Shown here one piece after another: positions 1-13,300 of a DNA stretch of 64,000 bases. Source of the stretch: Mesotaenium endlicherianum (taxonomy: Eukaryota); NCBI GenBank assembly GCA_009602735.1, contig WELA01001340.1, positions 110,711 to 174,710 of the forward strand, read 5' to 3'. The notes under the pieces were generated by a model. That model worked only from the letters and a program-made list of their open reading frames with translations, was not told the DNA's origin and made no database searches. The number at the start of each line of letters is the position of its first letter. The stretch's first letter is position 1. The translations under genes and the position numbers were made by a program.

Positions 1-19
1 GGGGGGGAGGGGGCCGTAC

Positions 20-1415
20 GCCGGTGGTGGAGGGGAGGGAGGCGCGCAGCTTCGCAATGCTGCCCGACTTGCCGCCCACCAGGCCCTTCTTGAACTTGCT
101 CTCGCCTATTGCCCACTCCTTTGTCTGCACCACCACGCCGCGTGCCCACAGGCAAGCAAACGAGCGTACGAGCACGCGTCAGTAAAACATGCATGAGAAA
201 AGGGCTGATAATCAGATGCCTCCCTCGCGCGATTGTTTCAAGTGTCATAAAATCGAATGACACTGTGTCCGGTTGACGACGAACGCGCACTCCAGGTGTG
301 GCTGGTACTGGGGGAGGGCCAAGAGGCGGCAGCTTTGGGAGGAGGGAGCTGAGAGAGAGAAACACTCCATCGAGAGACACTATGTCGAGAGTAACTCCGT
401 AGAGAGACACTCCATTGAGAAACACTTCAGTGAAGGAGAAAGGGCGAGGGTGAGGAGCAGAGAGCAGGAGCATCATTGGACACCTGCCCTCTGGTCTGGG
501 CACTGCATGCAACAAGCGGCATGTGCCATGCGAGAGAAGCACGTGCATGCAGCTGGCGGATACACCAGATAACATAACACGCAGACTTCCCTTGCAGCGC
601 GCGTGTGTGTGTCGTCAGCGGCACACAGCCAATGAGCACTATAAACAATCCACCCCCACCAAGAAGGAGCCGTATATCAATCTGTCATGCTAGAGGACTC
701 CGTTTTCCCGTGCAACAATGGCAGACGGGCCCTACTTCACACACACACAAACACATGCACAAATATGCATGCACATAAGCGCACGCATTCCCAAAAAAAA
801 AGCCCCAAAAGTACAAATTTTGCACACGTACACACACAGGGACCCACACGCGTATGCGCGCGCTTGTCCTCGCACACAGGCCCAGCTCTGCAAGACCTAG
901 ACAGCAAGTAGCAGGTTCGAGGCAGCACACGCAGAGCAGAAAACAATTCGATGATGCACGCATACCAGCAGAGCTTGGGGCTGCAAACAAACTCCAACGT
1001 CAGCTAGAGGCGAGTGAGATGTGTAGATGTCTTGTGGTGGTGGTGGTAGTGGTCCGGGGGGGGGGGGGGNNNNNNNNNNNNNNNNNNNNNNNNNNNNGGG
1101 GGGGGGGGTGGTGGCAAGGGACATTAGGAGAGGACTGACCTCCAGAATCGGCTCCAAGGTCACGCCTGCACGTGTCGTTGCGGCATCCCACCATTGTTTG
1201 GAGACCCAAAGGCACCACCCCCCCGCCCCCCGCCACACGGAGACACACACACGCATACATGTACACACACATGAGCAGCCAGCTGGACGTTTTTGGCTTT
1301 GCTGTGGTAGGGTATGTTCAACACGTGTGACAGGTCGCTTGCAGCAACTGTCGCCATGTCTGCCTGGCATGACTGTCAAAGGGCTGCAAAGAATGCCCAA
1401 TACAGCCAGCATGGA

Positions 1416-1490
<75 letters not shown>

Positions 1491-1538
1491 NNNNNNNNNN
1501 NNNNNNNNNNNNNNNNNNNNNNNNNNNNNNNNNNNNNN

Positions 1539-1593
<55 letters not shown>

Positions 1594-2078
1594 GGGAGAC
1601 TGCAAAGCACAAAAGATAGAGGCAAAGGCAGAGCAGAGGCACAGAGGAGGCAGCGTTACTAGGAGCAGGAGAGGCCGCCGCCTTGCCGGCGCCAGATGCT
1701 GCAGCAGCAGCGTTGGGCAACTCCCGGAGAGTCACGTTGCTGGCACCGTCCACCGCCGTCTCCACCACCTTGCCTGCAGGCGTCACCAGAAACACGCATG
1801 CAAGCGTGCGCATGCGTACGTAAGCACAAACACGCACACACCCACACACACAAAAGGACACACATGCATGCGCAAGCATGCAGACGCATACGTGCACTGA
1901 TTTACGTGCATGGTGACAGCAGCAGCAGGTGTGGCACTGACGAGCTAAGCGCCAAGGGGAGACAGAACAGGAGTAATGAATACAAGTCCAATTGCTGGGA
2001 GGCAGAGGCTTATTGGACTTGTTATGTAGCAGCTGTGATGTGTCAGGGAGCACAGGTAAGAGAAAGGGAGAAAGACGG

Positions 2079-2156
<78 letters not shown>

Positions 2157-2157
2157 N

Positions 2158-2192
<35 letters not shown>

Positions 2193-5100
2193 TGAGGAGT
2201 GCAGACCTGCGAGAGCTTTCAGCGCGTCGAGCTGGGCCGGCTCGAAGCAAGTGGCCAGCAGGACCTGCGCAGCCTCGTCGGATCAACACACGCAAGCACA
2301 CGCGCGCGCACACACACACGCACGCACGCAAACCGACAGACACATATATGAGTGAGCTCCTCCACCCTAAGCCCTCTGTTGCTTCGCCGACTGACTGCAA
2401 CTCACACATGCGAGCCCACACGTGCACGTGCACACTCACATACACAGACACACACACACACACACAAAGACACCCAAGCACACACATGCACGTGCACTCA
2501 TAGCGAACATGCAGAAGAAGCAGCACAATTGTGATGGTCTTAACAGGGGAGTTCCCTTCTGTTCCTTTGAGTGTGAAGGAGGCATGCAAGGTTCGAGTTG
2601 GGAGGAGTGTATGCACATTGCTGTTGCGTGCTCTGATGGCCACGTGGCTGAGGACGTCGGTGGCGCTCAAGGACAGGACACCTGTCACGTTCTCGGGTAT
2701 GTCCTCCATGCCTCCCACCTGCGAAAGACAAGAGGCCGTCACATGTCAGCCAGCACTCGCAGCTGCAGCAAAGTAGTGTTGGCACAAGCGCTTGATGTAA
2801 AGCGCAAAGCTCTAGGATGCCACCTGTCTGAAGACAGGCTTGCCAGGTCAACAGCGCCAGATGGAGCTCTGAGGCACAACTAGCACAGCGGTGATTTGTT
2901 TCTTAGCGTACAATTCCTCAACAGACCAGACACAGTCATATGCCCCCCAGACGCAAGGTTGTCTTACATAATATTACACCAGTAAGGGTCAGTATGTGAA
3001 GAGCCAGCTCTGCACACCGTACGGACTTGTGAAATCAAGCATGCATCAAAGCACAAGTACCTCCCCTTATTCTTGTGAACATTGGAGCCGGTCATCTTCG
3101 GGAGGCTCACGGGAAGAGGGAGAGGGGGAGAGGGCAAGAGGGGCAGAGTGGAGGGGGGGGGGAAGGGGAGAGGAGAGAGGGAGAGAAAATGAAGAATGAA
3201 ATGTTGATGGAAAGAGAAGCACGGACCTCGTTGGCGATCACGATGGTGGGCGATGCGTACGACTTGCCCTGGATGTCCGCCAGGGACGCAATCACCACCA
3301 CCTCTCCCCTGGCCTCCACCTGGCTCACTATCTGCACCACACGCGGGCAGGAGGACAGGTGTCAGAAGACACAAAGCCACCAGGCGCAAGGAGTGAGAGC
3401 TTAATAAAGACCCCCCCCCCCNNNNNNNNNNNNNNNNNNNNNNNNNNNNNNNNNNNNNNNNNNNNNNNNNNNNNNNNNNNNNNNNNNNNNNNNNNNNNNN
3501 NNNNNNNNNNNNNNNNNNNNNNNNNNNNNNNNNNNNNNNNNNNNNNNNNNNNNNNNNNNNNNNNNGGGGGGGAGGCAGGTCTCAGATCAGCAGAAGAGCA
3601 CAAGGAACATGATCAAAGGATGGCGTACAGTGCTACAACGTGCAATCATCATCCGCACGTGCACCCACGCACGAATGCACGCACGCATGGGCGTGTGCAA
3701 GCGTGCCAATGTGCGTGCTTGCACGCCGTGCTCTCAAGCAATATATTCTAAATCATATGCGGAGGGCAGATTTTGCAGGCGCGCGCAAGCACGGGCGCAT
3801 GCTTGCTCGTGGATGAGGGGCTATACCTGCCAGGGGCCGAGGCCGGCGGCCGAGCGCAGCATGGGCGTGAGCTTGAGCAGCAGCTGCGACAGGTTGAAGA
3901 GAGACTGCCCCCTCACCACCTGAAGCCCCCCCCAAGATCAGGCGGCCACACCTTACAGTCAGTTAGAAGATGCACAACTGGAGATACGTTTTATGCCGTA
4001 CGTTTTCGCGTACCCCAAGAGAAGAAACTTCGGAGAGGTATTTTTGTCCCCTCCAAACGCATCCCCCTCCCCACCCCTCAATGCACACACACACACACAG
4101 TGTGTGTGGGTGTGTGTACATGCATAGCTCTACGCATGTATGAGTGTATGTATGTGCGCGTACAGGACAGGCGCCTAGTCTAAAAATCAGCACCTGTGTG
4201 AAGGAGCGACCGGAGCAGATCATATAACAGCCCAAAGAGTCACGCTGCTACCATGCACATTTATATGTCGCTGGAGGGGAAGAGGGAGGAGGAGCAGGGG
4301 AGAGGGAGGGCGGCGGTGGGGAAGGCGGCACCGACCTCCTCGCCAAAGTTGGTGATGTATGACTGATCAATGCCACACGCATGTCCCAGATGCTCCGCAT
4401 GTGGCTGCACTCGACGCACAACCTCGTCCATGTGCGCTGCTCGCCCCTCGCCCCCCACACCAAGCAAAGGAACACATGCGCACGCACGCAAACATACGCT
4501 TGCATTTGCGTCAGGGGGGTTAGGCACACGCGCGCGCACGCGCCCTCGCGTCTGTGTTGGTGGGAGAAGGCACAAACGGGATGAGAGAAGGCACACACGC
4601 GTGTGCCCTCGCGCACACAAGGGACGCAATCCATGCAGCCGGGGCCGAGTAGCAGTCTCTCGCTTTAATGACGTGCATTGTGACTGGCTATGACGGACCC
4701 AAATAGATAACCAACAGCGGCTGCAACACAGCGAGGTGGCATTCACACGCTTCGTTTTTCTTGCCCCTAGAGAAGGCGCCCCTAGAGAAGGCGCCACCCG
4801 TCATTTGACAGCCTATCTCTTCACTATCCTCTCCTCTCTGCCTCAACCTCGTCTTCTTCGAGCCTTCCCCCTCCTTATCTCAGCCAAGAGGGCAAGTGGC
4901 ACTTGCACGGTATGTATCTTTATAGTGTGAAGTGAAATTGGAATTTTAAGGTAATCTGTCTCGGATATGCAAGGCTCTCAGGCAAGGGAGTGAAGAGAGG
5001 GAGAAAACAGGCAGAGAGGCAGGGGGGGGAAGGCAGGGAGGCAGGGCAGAGTGTGCGGTGGTGCCTACATTCGAGGGAGAGGGAGATGGAGTCGGCAGCC

Positions 5101-6917
5101 GCCACTGCGAGCTGCGCCCACTCCTCCGTCCATCTGGGTTGCGACTTCACCTGCTCCCACCCCCTCGCCCCTTGTCAGGATAGGCACACCGTATCTTGAA
5201 TCACAGCTGGCATGTGCATGGTGGCACGTGCGCACACATACACACAAACACACACACACACACCCACACGTGCACACACACGAAACATCTTATTCACCCG
5301 CGCGTTAGTGCGTATGAGGACAAACCCAGATGGGGTGCGCGTCAGAAGTGCGGTTGTGAGGGCCTCTTGCTCAACATCTGTGGGGCAGAAAAGAGCACGT
5401 GCAGTCTTCTTTTTCTAATACATGAGCATAAACAGACCTCAAAGAAGAAAGATTGCACACATGCGTGCGTGTGCGCCCGCGCGTACGCACAGACACCCAA
5501 ATACATACAAGAATGTGCTACACAGAGTTTCAGAAAAAAATGGCTTCAAGATGGGAGGAGAGCTCTGAAAGAAAGATGAGAGGGAAGGGGAGAGGGGGGG
5601 AGCGAAGGCGAGGTGGCTAACGCACCTTGTCCCAGTAGTGCAGACAGCTGGCGAGCTCCAAGCTCTCCTCCCCAATGACAGCGTTGCTGAGCACCAGGCT
5701 GATGAGCTCGCACAGGTCGTCCCCGCTCAAGCCCGACTGCGAAAAGAGAGCATGCATGCGCACGCTCGTTTGTATGGACGGGTCATCAGGTGCGCGTGTA
5801 AGAGTAAATGGGTGGATGTGAAAGTGAGTGGGTGGACGCCCACCAATCCAGAATGAAGGGGAAGAAGACTGAATCCCAGCAGAAGACAACGTCATGCGAG
5901 AGAGAAAGGAAAAGGCCAGTACAGGGCTTGCAGACTCATGAGAACCTAGCCCCCCAGCCGCTAAAACCCTCAACCCTAAACCTCTAGCCCTTGAACCCTA
6001 AACGCTCCCACCTGCAATCCCTACGTCCCAAGCCCTCGCACCTAGACCCTGTACACACTGCCTCTTTGTTTTCCCAAGACGATAAAAGTCAGTCCTGCGA
6101 GCGTGCTCTCTGATTGCTCGAACCCAGCTCCCTGAAGCAGCTCTCTTTCGCAAAGCATGGCTGTTTAAAAGGTCAGCCACATGATAAGCCCTCCGCTGGA
6201 GCTGGAGGCTCCTCGCCTCAGATGCTGGGCCCTGGCTTTGGTCTCTGCGCCCTAGCCCTCAAACCCTAAGCCCTTAACCAGAGTTAAATGCAGGGTAGAT
6301 GGGGTTGGGGCAGGATTGGAGCAGCAGATGCCGAATGGATCAACATTGCCTAGCTGGGGAGGATGCAGCACAGCGGCAGAGGCAGAGGCAGTGGGAGCCG
6401 TAGTGGCAGTGGAAGTCCCGATGGGAGTGGGAGGTGGAGAAGAAGAGCACGAGCGGGGAAGTGGGCGCAGGAAGGGGAGTAAGAGAGGAGGGCGAGCAGT
6501 CGGGGGCAAAAGCGGGAGTGGGAACCGAGGCGTAGGTGGAGAGTGCTAGGGGAGTCGAGTTGGGCGTGCGCTGCGGGAGCGGGCGCGCGCCGCGAGACTG
6601 CGCGTGTGCTGCGAGAATGGGCATGCGCGGGCGAGAGTGGGAGCGGGAGGGGGAGTGGTGGGGTTGGAGACTCCCAGCAGCAATGAGCCCTACCTTGTCG
6701 ACACGGCCGACGCAGAGGCCAAAGAAGTTGTCGAGCGCGATGTCGAGCAGCACAATGTCGCGCGACGCCCACTCGCTGCGCCACACGCTCTCCAGCGCAC
6801 GCCGCGTCTCCACCACCTTGCCGGGCACCCACCTGCCCGCCGAGAAGAGAGGGGAACGAGTGAGCGCGTGCTTGATGTGCGCGTGCGTCTGTGTGCCTGT
6901 GCATTTCTGTGTGTGTG

Positions 6918-6982
<65 letters not shown>

Positions 6983-7242
6983 ATGCACGGGTGTTTGCAA
7001 GGGGGTGCGCAATATGCAGGGGAGGGACAAAGATACACGCACAAAGTTCACATACATACTTACGCATGGTACTGCTTGCAGAGAGCTCGGCTGTGTGTTA
7101 CATGATAGGGGAGTGGGGAACAATAAGTTGGTCATCATGGAGGCACATCTTTCCTTTTCCTCTCTGACATACACATGTACGCACACAGGCACACAGGCAC
7201 ATGCAGGCGCATGCACAGAATTGAGTGTTGTGTGTATATATG

Positions 7243-7322
<80 letters not shown>

Positions 7323-10300
7323 NAGAGAGAGAGAGAGAGAAGTTGGAGAGAGAGAGAGACGTGCGCGCTCGCGCGCGTGCATTCGTACCAGGCGCCGCGG
7401 TTGTTGAGGATTTCGTAGAGCATGCCCTTCAGGCCGTCGTCCAGGAAGCCCTTGCTCATCTCCACCATCACGTCCAGGTCCGCGCCCGAGTGCACCGTCT
7501 TCAGCACCCACAGGAAGTGCTGCGCGCTCTCGCACCAAGATAGAGATGCGGAGCGGAGCAGGAGCAGAGCAGGAGCAGGGGAGAGGAGAGGAGAGAGGGA
7601 GGGAGACCAGGAATGATTCAGAATGACGACACTTCGGCTTCCGCTCTGCGGCCCTTTTTGTCACGGAAGAAAGGTCAATGAATGCGCGCGGTTTCCTGCA
7701 TGCAGCTAGCTGTTGAAGATACGTGCATCCACAGGCATTGAGATCGTTACATGGAAGACATACAGCCAGATTCTTGCAAGTCCGACCTCCTGGGTTGGTC
7801 AATGGTCAATGGTCAACGAAGCATGTAAGAATTCTCACAACAGCACAGACAAATCCTGCAAATCCCTCCCTCCCGCCCTCCCCCCCCTACACTTCAATAC
7901 ACTTCGGATTCGTGGCCACAACAAGGCCCGAGCCTGAGGGGTGGGAGCAGGGGGGGAGGGATCTGGAATGGCCGCCACCTGGCAGTACCTGGAAGGCCGG
8001 AATGAGGTGGGGGAGGTGCAGAGGGGTGGCTGTCAGCGGGTGGTCCATCGAGTGGAGCCACTCCTTGGTCACGCGGCCCTTTTCCCTGCCACGTGTCAGG
8101 ACCACAGTCACCCATCACGCGGTGAGTGACACCTGCCCCTGCCTCTGCTCGCAAGCCTCCTCCTGTCTCGGGAAGAAAGATGAAGCCAGCTTCCAGTGCG
8201 GTGCCAGCTAGCAGGCAGACAGACTGCTAGGCTGTACCAAGGCCCTAGCTGATGAAGTCTCCCTGCAGTCCTGGAAGCAAGCAAGCATCAGGATGAGATT
8301 TTGGGAGCTGGGTCAGCAACATGGGTTATACATTCAGGCCTATACAGCTATGGGCGGAAGATTGGTGAGGATAAGAGGCCTAGCAACGGGCGTGGTAAGA
8401 GCGGGAAGCGGCAAGGGGGCAAGGGAGAGGGGTAAGGGGGGAGGGAGGGTGGTCCAACCAGAGGGTGTGATAGAAGGAGTCCATATTGGCGGTGTGCAGG
8501 TAGTCCAGGTATGCCTGCAGTTGCCCCCCCCTCCCACCGCCCCACACACACGCGCGCGCGCGCCATGCGCCACGTGCGGCGCACCCCAAGCACAAAGTTG
8601 TTTCAGTGTCAGCGTACAGAAATGTAACCATATATACCTAAATATCTACACATGGCTGCTCTGCTTCCAAATATACACGCATAAAGGTGTGCTTTAGTAG
8701 ACAAGATGGAAGCCCCTGTGCAAATCATACTATCCGATGACTGTTTGAGACATAGACATGAACACTTGAATTGAGTCTTTGCGTGCGTGCGTGCGTGCGT
8801 GCGTGGCCCCTTGACAGAACAACCAGTCGCCCGTCTCCTCAGAAGCAATCAGCGCAGCGGACGTATGTTCGCATGCGTGAGCGCTGCGCAAGAGATGTGC
8901 GGCAGCCCGAATGGAAAAGCCACGGAGTGAGAAACAAAGACCTCGCAGATGGCGATGTCTTCGGGAGAGGTGTTAGTGTGCAGCTTCTGATGCCACTGCT
9001 CCAAAAACTTCTCCTCGATGCCAGGCCTGCCCCGCCCCCCACCCAACACACACACACAAACACACACGCACACACACGCACACACACGCACACACACACA
9101 CAGAGAGATGCATATGAGCGCATATGCATGGAAACGTGCGTGCGCACACGTCATCAGTGAGTGGCTCTGGCGCTGGCTGCACGAGTGTTAGCATCAGCGT
9201 GACACACATGCATGCAGACGAGACCCCTCATGCAGTATACGTGCAGACACACATGCGCAGGGGCGTGACCTACTGCAGGAACTCTCTCTTGGCTGCGCGT
9301 GAGATTAACAACGGACAGGTTGCAGGCGTCTTCAAATATGCATGTGGAACACTTTGGCCCGGAGTGTGACTTGGTGTCCTGAAGAGGGCGGCAGAGTGAA
9401 GGAGCCTGTGCGTGAGTGGGGGAGTGAGCAAGAGATGGAGACACACACACACACACGCACACACACAGAGAGAGAGAGGGGGTGGGGGGGAGGGAGAGAG
9501 AGGGAACGGGTACCTCGTTGAACGCATCGAAGGTGCTGAAGAGCTCATAGTCCAGCCTCTCCAGCTCAAANNNNNNNNNNNNNNNNNNNNNNNNNNNNNN
9601 NNNNNNNNNNNNNNNNNNNNNNNNNNNNNNNNNNNNNNNNNNNNNNNNNNNNNNNNNNNNNNNNNNNNNNNNNNNNNNNNNNNNNGGAGGGAGAGAGATA
9701 GAGGGGGGGGGGGGCGCCCACCTGTGGCCTTCACGAATGCCGTGCTCGCGCATGATGTGCAGGATTCTGCACGCGCCACATCAGCACCTTCGAGTAAGAT
9801 AGCGTGAAGTGGGTCAAGCGCTCAACTAGAGGACCTGCATATAAGCTCACACACGTGATGCATGCGTACATTCATGCACGCACACACTGCTGGGGGATCC
9901 GACAATTGCATCACCTCCTCGCACAGTACACGCTTCACACGCACGCTGGGATCAGCAAGAGAGGAAGGAAAAGGGTGAAGGAGAGGGCCTCTTGGGTGGG
10001 CGGCAGGGGGGGAGGAGGGGAAGGAGGGAGGGGGTTGAGGAGATCCTCTGTTATATATGGTGCACGTGGGATCAATAAGATTGTGTGAGGAAGGTGCAGG
10101 GACTCAGAGTAAGTGATGCCATGGGCATGTGGCCGAAGGGAGGAAAGAGGAGAGGGGAAGGTGGGAGAGGGGGAGTAGGAAGGGAAGAGGGGGGAGCAGC
10201 GCGGGGCCGTTGCAGGCACTTGGGGGAATGAGGCGCGGCCTGGACGGAGGGAAGAGAGAAGAGAAGGTCATTTTGGGTTCAGGGAAAGGCTGCTCCGCCA

Positions 10301-13300
10301 CGCACCCCATGCGAATCTGCTCGGAGTCGCCGCCGCCGCGGGGCAGCGTGGACATGGCCAGGCGCGCAAAGCGGCGCACTACGGGGTCCTTGCCCCTCTT
10401 GATCTTCTCCGCCATGGAAGACGCCAGCACCTGCGCCAGGTGGCGCCCCGGAGAAGAGGGGGGGGAGGGGGGTTACGGGTTTAAGTGGTACGTGTTTGAG
10501 AACAATGTGGGCGGTTCCCCTGTCTGATGCAAAGGTCATAGTGAACACTTATTCAGGCAGCCATATGCATGCACTCCCTGGCCTCATGTTGTCAAGTGTT
10601 TGCTAGTAAGAAGTATGTGCGTATGTTTCGGTGCATGCCTTTGATAGCGAACAACTCAGATAAATGACTTGCTCATCTGGATAATAGAGCAAGAACAGCC
10701 AATGGCAGAGCGGCAGAGTCGCGCGCACCTTCTGAATGTGCGCGATGTCCTTCGACTGGTAGTTGTTGTTGCGGTACCACGCCAGCTGTCGCACATCAGA
10801 CATCCCCCGCGCCGCAACAACAGACAGGTGGAGCATTAGCGAATCAGCACAGAGCAGCAGGCAGGACATCATCATCCACCACCGTCGCACACGCGCATGC
10901 CCTTTCGTGCGGCTGCGCACCTCCTCCCACAAGCGTGCGCTGGGCTCCCGCACTGACGTGGCCCAAACACTTAAGCAAGCACTTCCACATCTGCAAGGCC
11001 TGAGTAGTGGGACAAACGCGCGCGCATCTGTGATGCCTGCAACTGTGAGGGGGCCTAATCACCCAGAGCGTGCCATGCGGCTTAGCAGATGCACGAGAAA
11101 CCCTTCAACAGCAGAACTGAAGCATGGGTGAGACTCAGCCTTCAGTACGCTCCCTTCCCCCAAAATTAGGGAACCGGCGCTTGCCAGGAGGAGCAAGCGC
11201 TTGTCGACAGCTAAGAGCAAATGCAGCAGACAGCAGCCCTCCCACGAGCTCCCGGCAGCCGCAGATGTGCCGCTTGGGTACCCAACAATACCAGGGTGGC
11301 TACATAAGGGATAAGACGAAGAGGAGGGCAGGCGAACCAGAGGGGGGGGAGGGGAGNNNNNNNNNNNNNNNNNNNNNNNNNNNNNNNNNNNNNNNNNNNN
11401 NNNNNNNNNNNNNNNNNNNNNNNNNNNNNNNNNNNNNNNNNNNNNNNNNNNNNNNNNNNNCGTGTGGGCCTTATTGTGGGGAAAAGGGGGGGAGGGGGGA
11501 GAGCGACACCTGGCGGTTGGCAGAGAAGCGGAGCCAGGTGAAAACGAAGGCCATGCCGTCGGGGCCGGCCTCCTCCGCGCCGTTGAGCACCTCCACCGCC
11601 ATGCCAAAGCGGCCGAGAAGCGACCAGTTGGAGTATGTGGACTCTGCTGTCACCACCTGGCGTCACCAGGAGGAATGGGGGGCCGGAAAGGGAAGGGGGG
11701 GGGAGAAAAAAGGAGGGAAAGGAGAGGAGGAACAGGGTCGATGATGAATAAATATATGGCTGTGTGTGTGTGAGAGAGAGAGAAAGAGAGAAAGGAGCAG
11801 CATGTGAGCACAACCTCAAAAGGGTGCGCGCGTGTGCAGCAACAGGCACTCACCTTGTTGACGATGTCGGAGAGGCCGGGCTCGCGCATCACCACGCTGA
11901 AGTTGCTGCCATTGTTGTACCACTTGTCCTCGTTGTCCTGCGCCCCCCCATCACAGAACAGGTTGTGATCACATAGCCCCACATGGCCGCCAGAGGCCTG
12001 GCAGAGAGGCATGCTCTCTCTCTCTCTCTCACACACACAGTCACCAGCTTGCACACTCTATGCATTCATATGCACGCAAAAACATTGTGCGTGCGCGTGT
12101 CTGTCTCTGACTCTGTCTCTCTCTGTCTCCCTCCCTCCCTCCCCTCCCTCTCCCCCCTCTCCCTCCTCNGCAGATGTGAGGGAGCGGTGAGCTGACCTTG
12201 AGCACAAAGACGAGGCGGGCAGGTGCGGCGTCAGCTGCCACGCTCACGTTCACCTGCGCGCACAGAAACCCAGCACAGCATCGGGACCAGTACGCAAATT
12301 CTGCTCTGGTTATATAACTCTCAAAGTGTCCAATGAAGTCTGACGAACGGTGGGAAAGAAGGCGTTACAGATGAGAAGGGAGGGGGGCCCAAGAGGCACA
12401 CACAAGCGCTTCTTGTAGTGAGAGTATCTCCTTGTTCAAATGTCGCATAGAGCTCCCGCACGCACACGAATCCCCTCGTGGTATGTGTTGGTTTTCTTTT
12501 TGGGGTGGGGTGGTAAGGGGGGGGGGCGCATGAAGTCGCAATCGGACGAGAGGGGCGTAACATGAGGGAGGAGCGAGGGGTGGGCGGGGGTCATAATGAG
12601 AGTTCTGCATGCACGCGTCTGTCTGTGTGGGCACATTGGATTGACGAGAGGCATATACATGTGTGTGACGTGTGCATATGGAGAACACACTGACCTCGTA
12701 TTGGCCGCTGGGGCCCTGTGTGAACGGGGTCTGGATGGCCTGGTCGGACGCCTGCACACTGCCATCTGGCCAGATGGACCTGTCTGGCAGGTTCCAGTCG
12801 TTGACTCCCCAGTGCAGCGTCTGCGCACGTCACGCACCCCTCGGGCTCGTCAGGTGAGAGCGTGCGCCACAACTTCCAGTTACCAACGATGGTTGCGACA
12901 TCTGTCATGATGTCTATTGTGAAATTGGTCGTGACTGTCTGCGCTGAGGTAAATCTTAGCATCTTAGCCACTGGAAACAATTCCCACGTATAATGTGTCT
13001 AAAAGCACAAATTTTGCAAACTAAATATCGATATATACTCTTACATATATAGACCATACTCTACCCGTGTCTATCAGCGGCAAGAGTAAATCTAACACCA
13101 AGCCAGCCCAGACAGGACCTGATGAATTTGACATGCCAAATTGCATCTCGCGCGTTCTCCTGAGGGTGCAGCCTTCTGGATTTGCCTCACGATGCCAGGT
13201 GCCAGAAGGCTCTTACCATGCAAGGCATCACATCTACAGCATGCCCGGGGATGGGAGGCTTACCATGCCAGGTGTCGGAAGGCTGAGGCTCAGCCGGTAG

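Noticed and set aside
897..9807. Many ER/SL/HT/CV-repeat ORFs
   Set aside because: Translations of (GA)n/(CA)n microsatellites and N gaps in introns.
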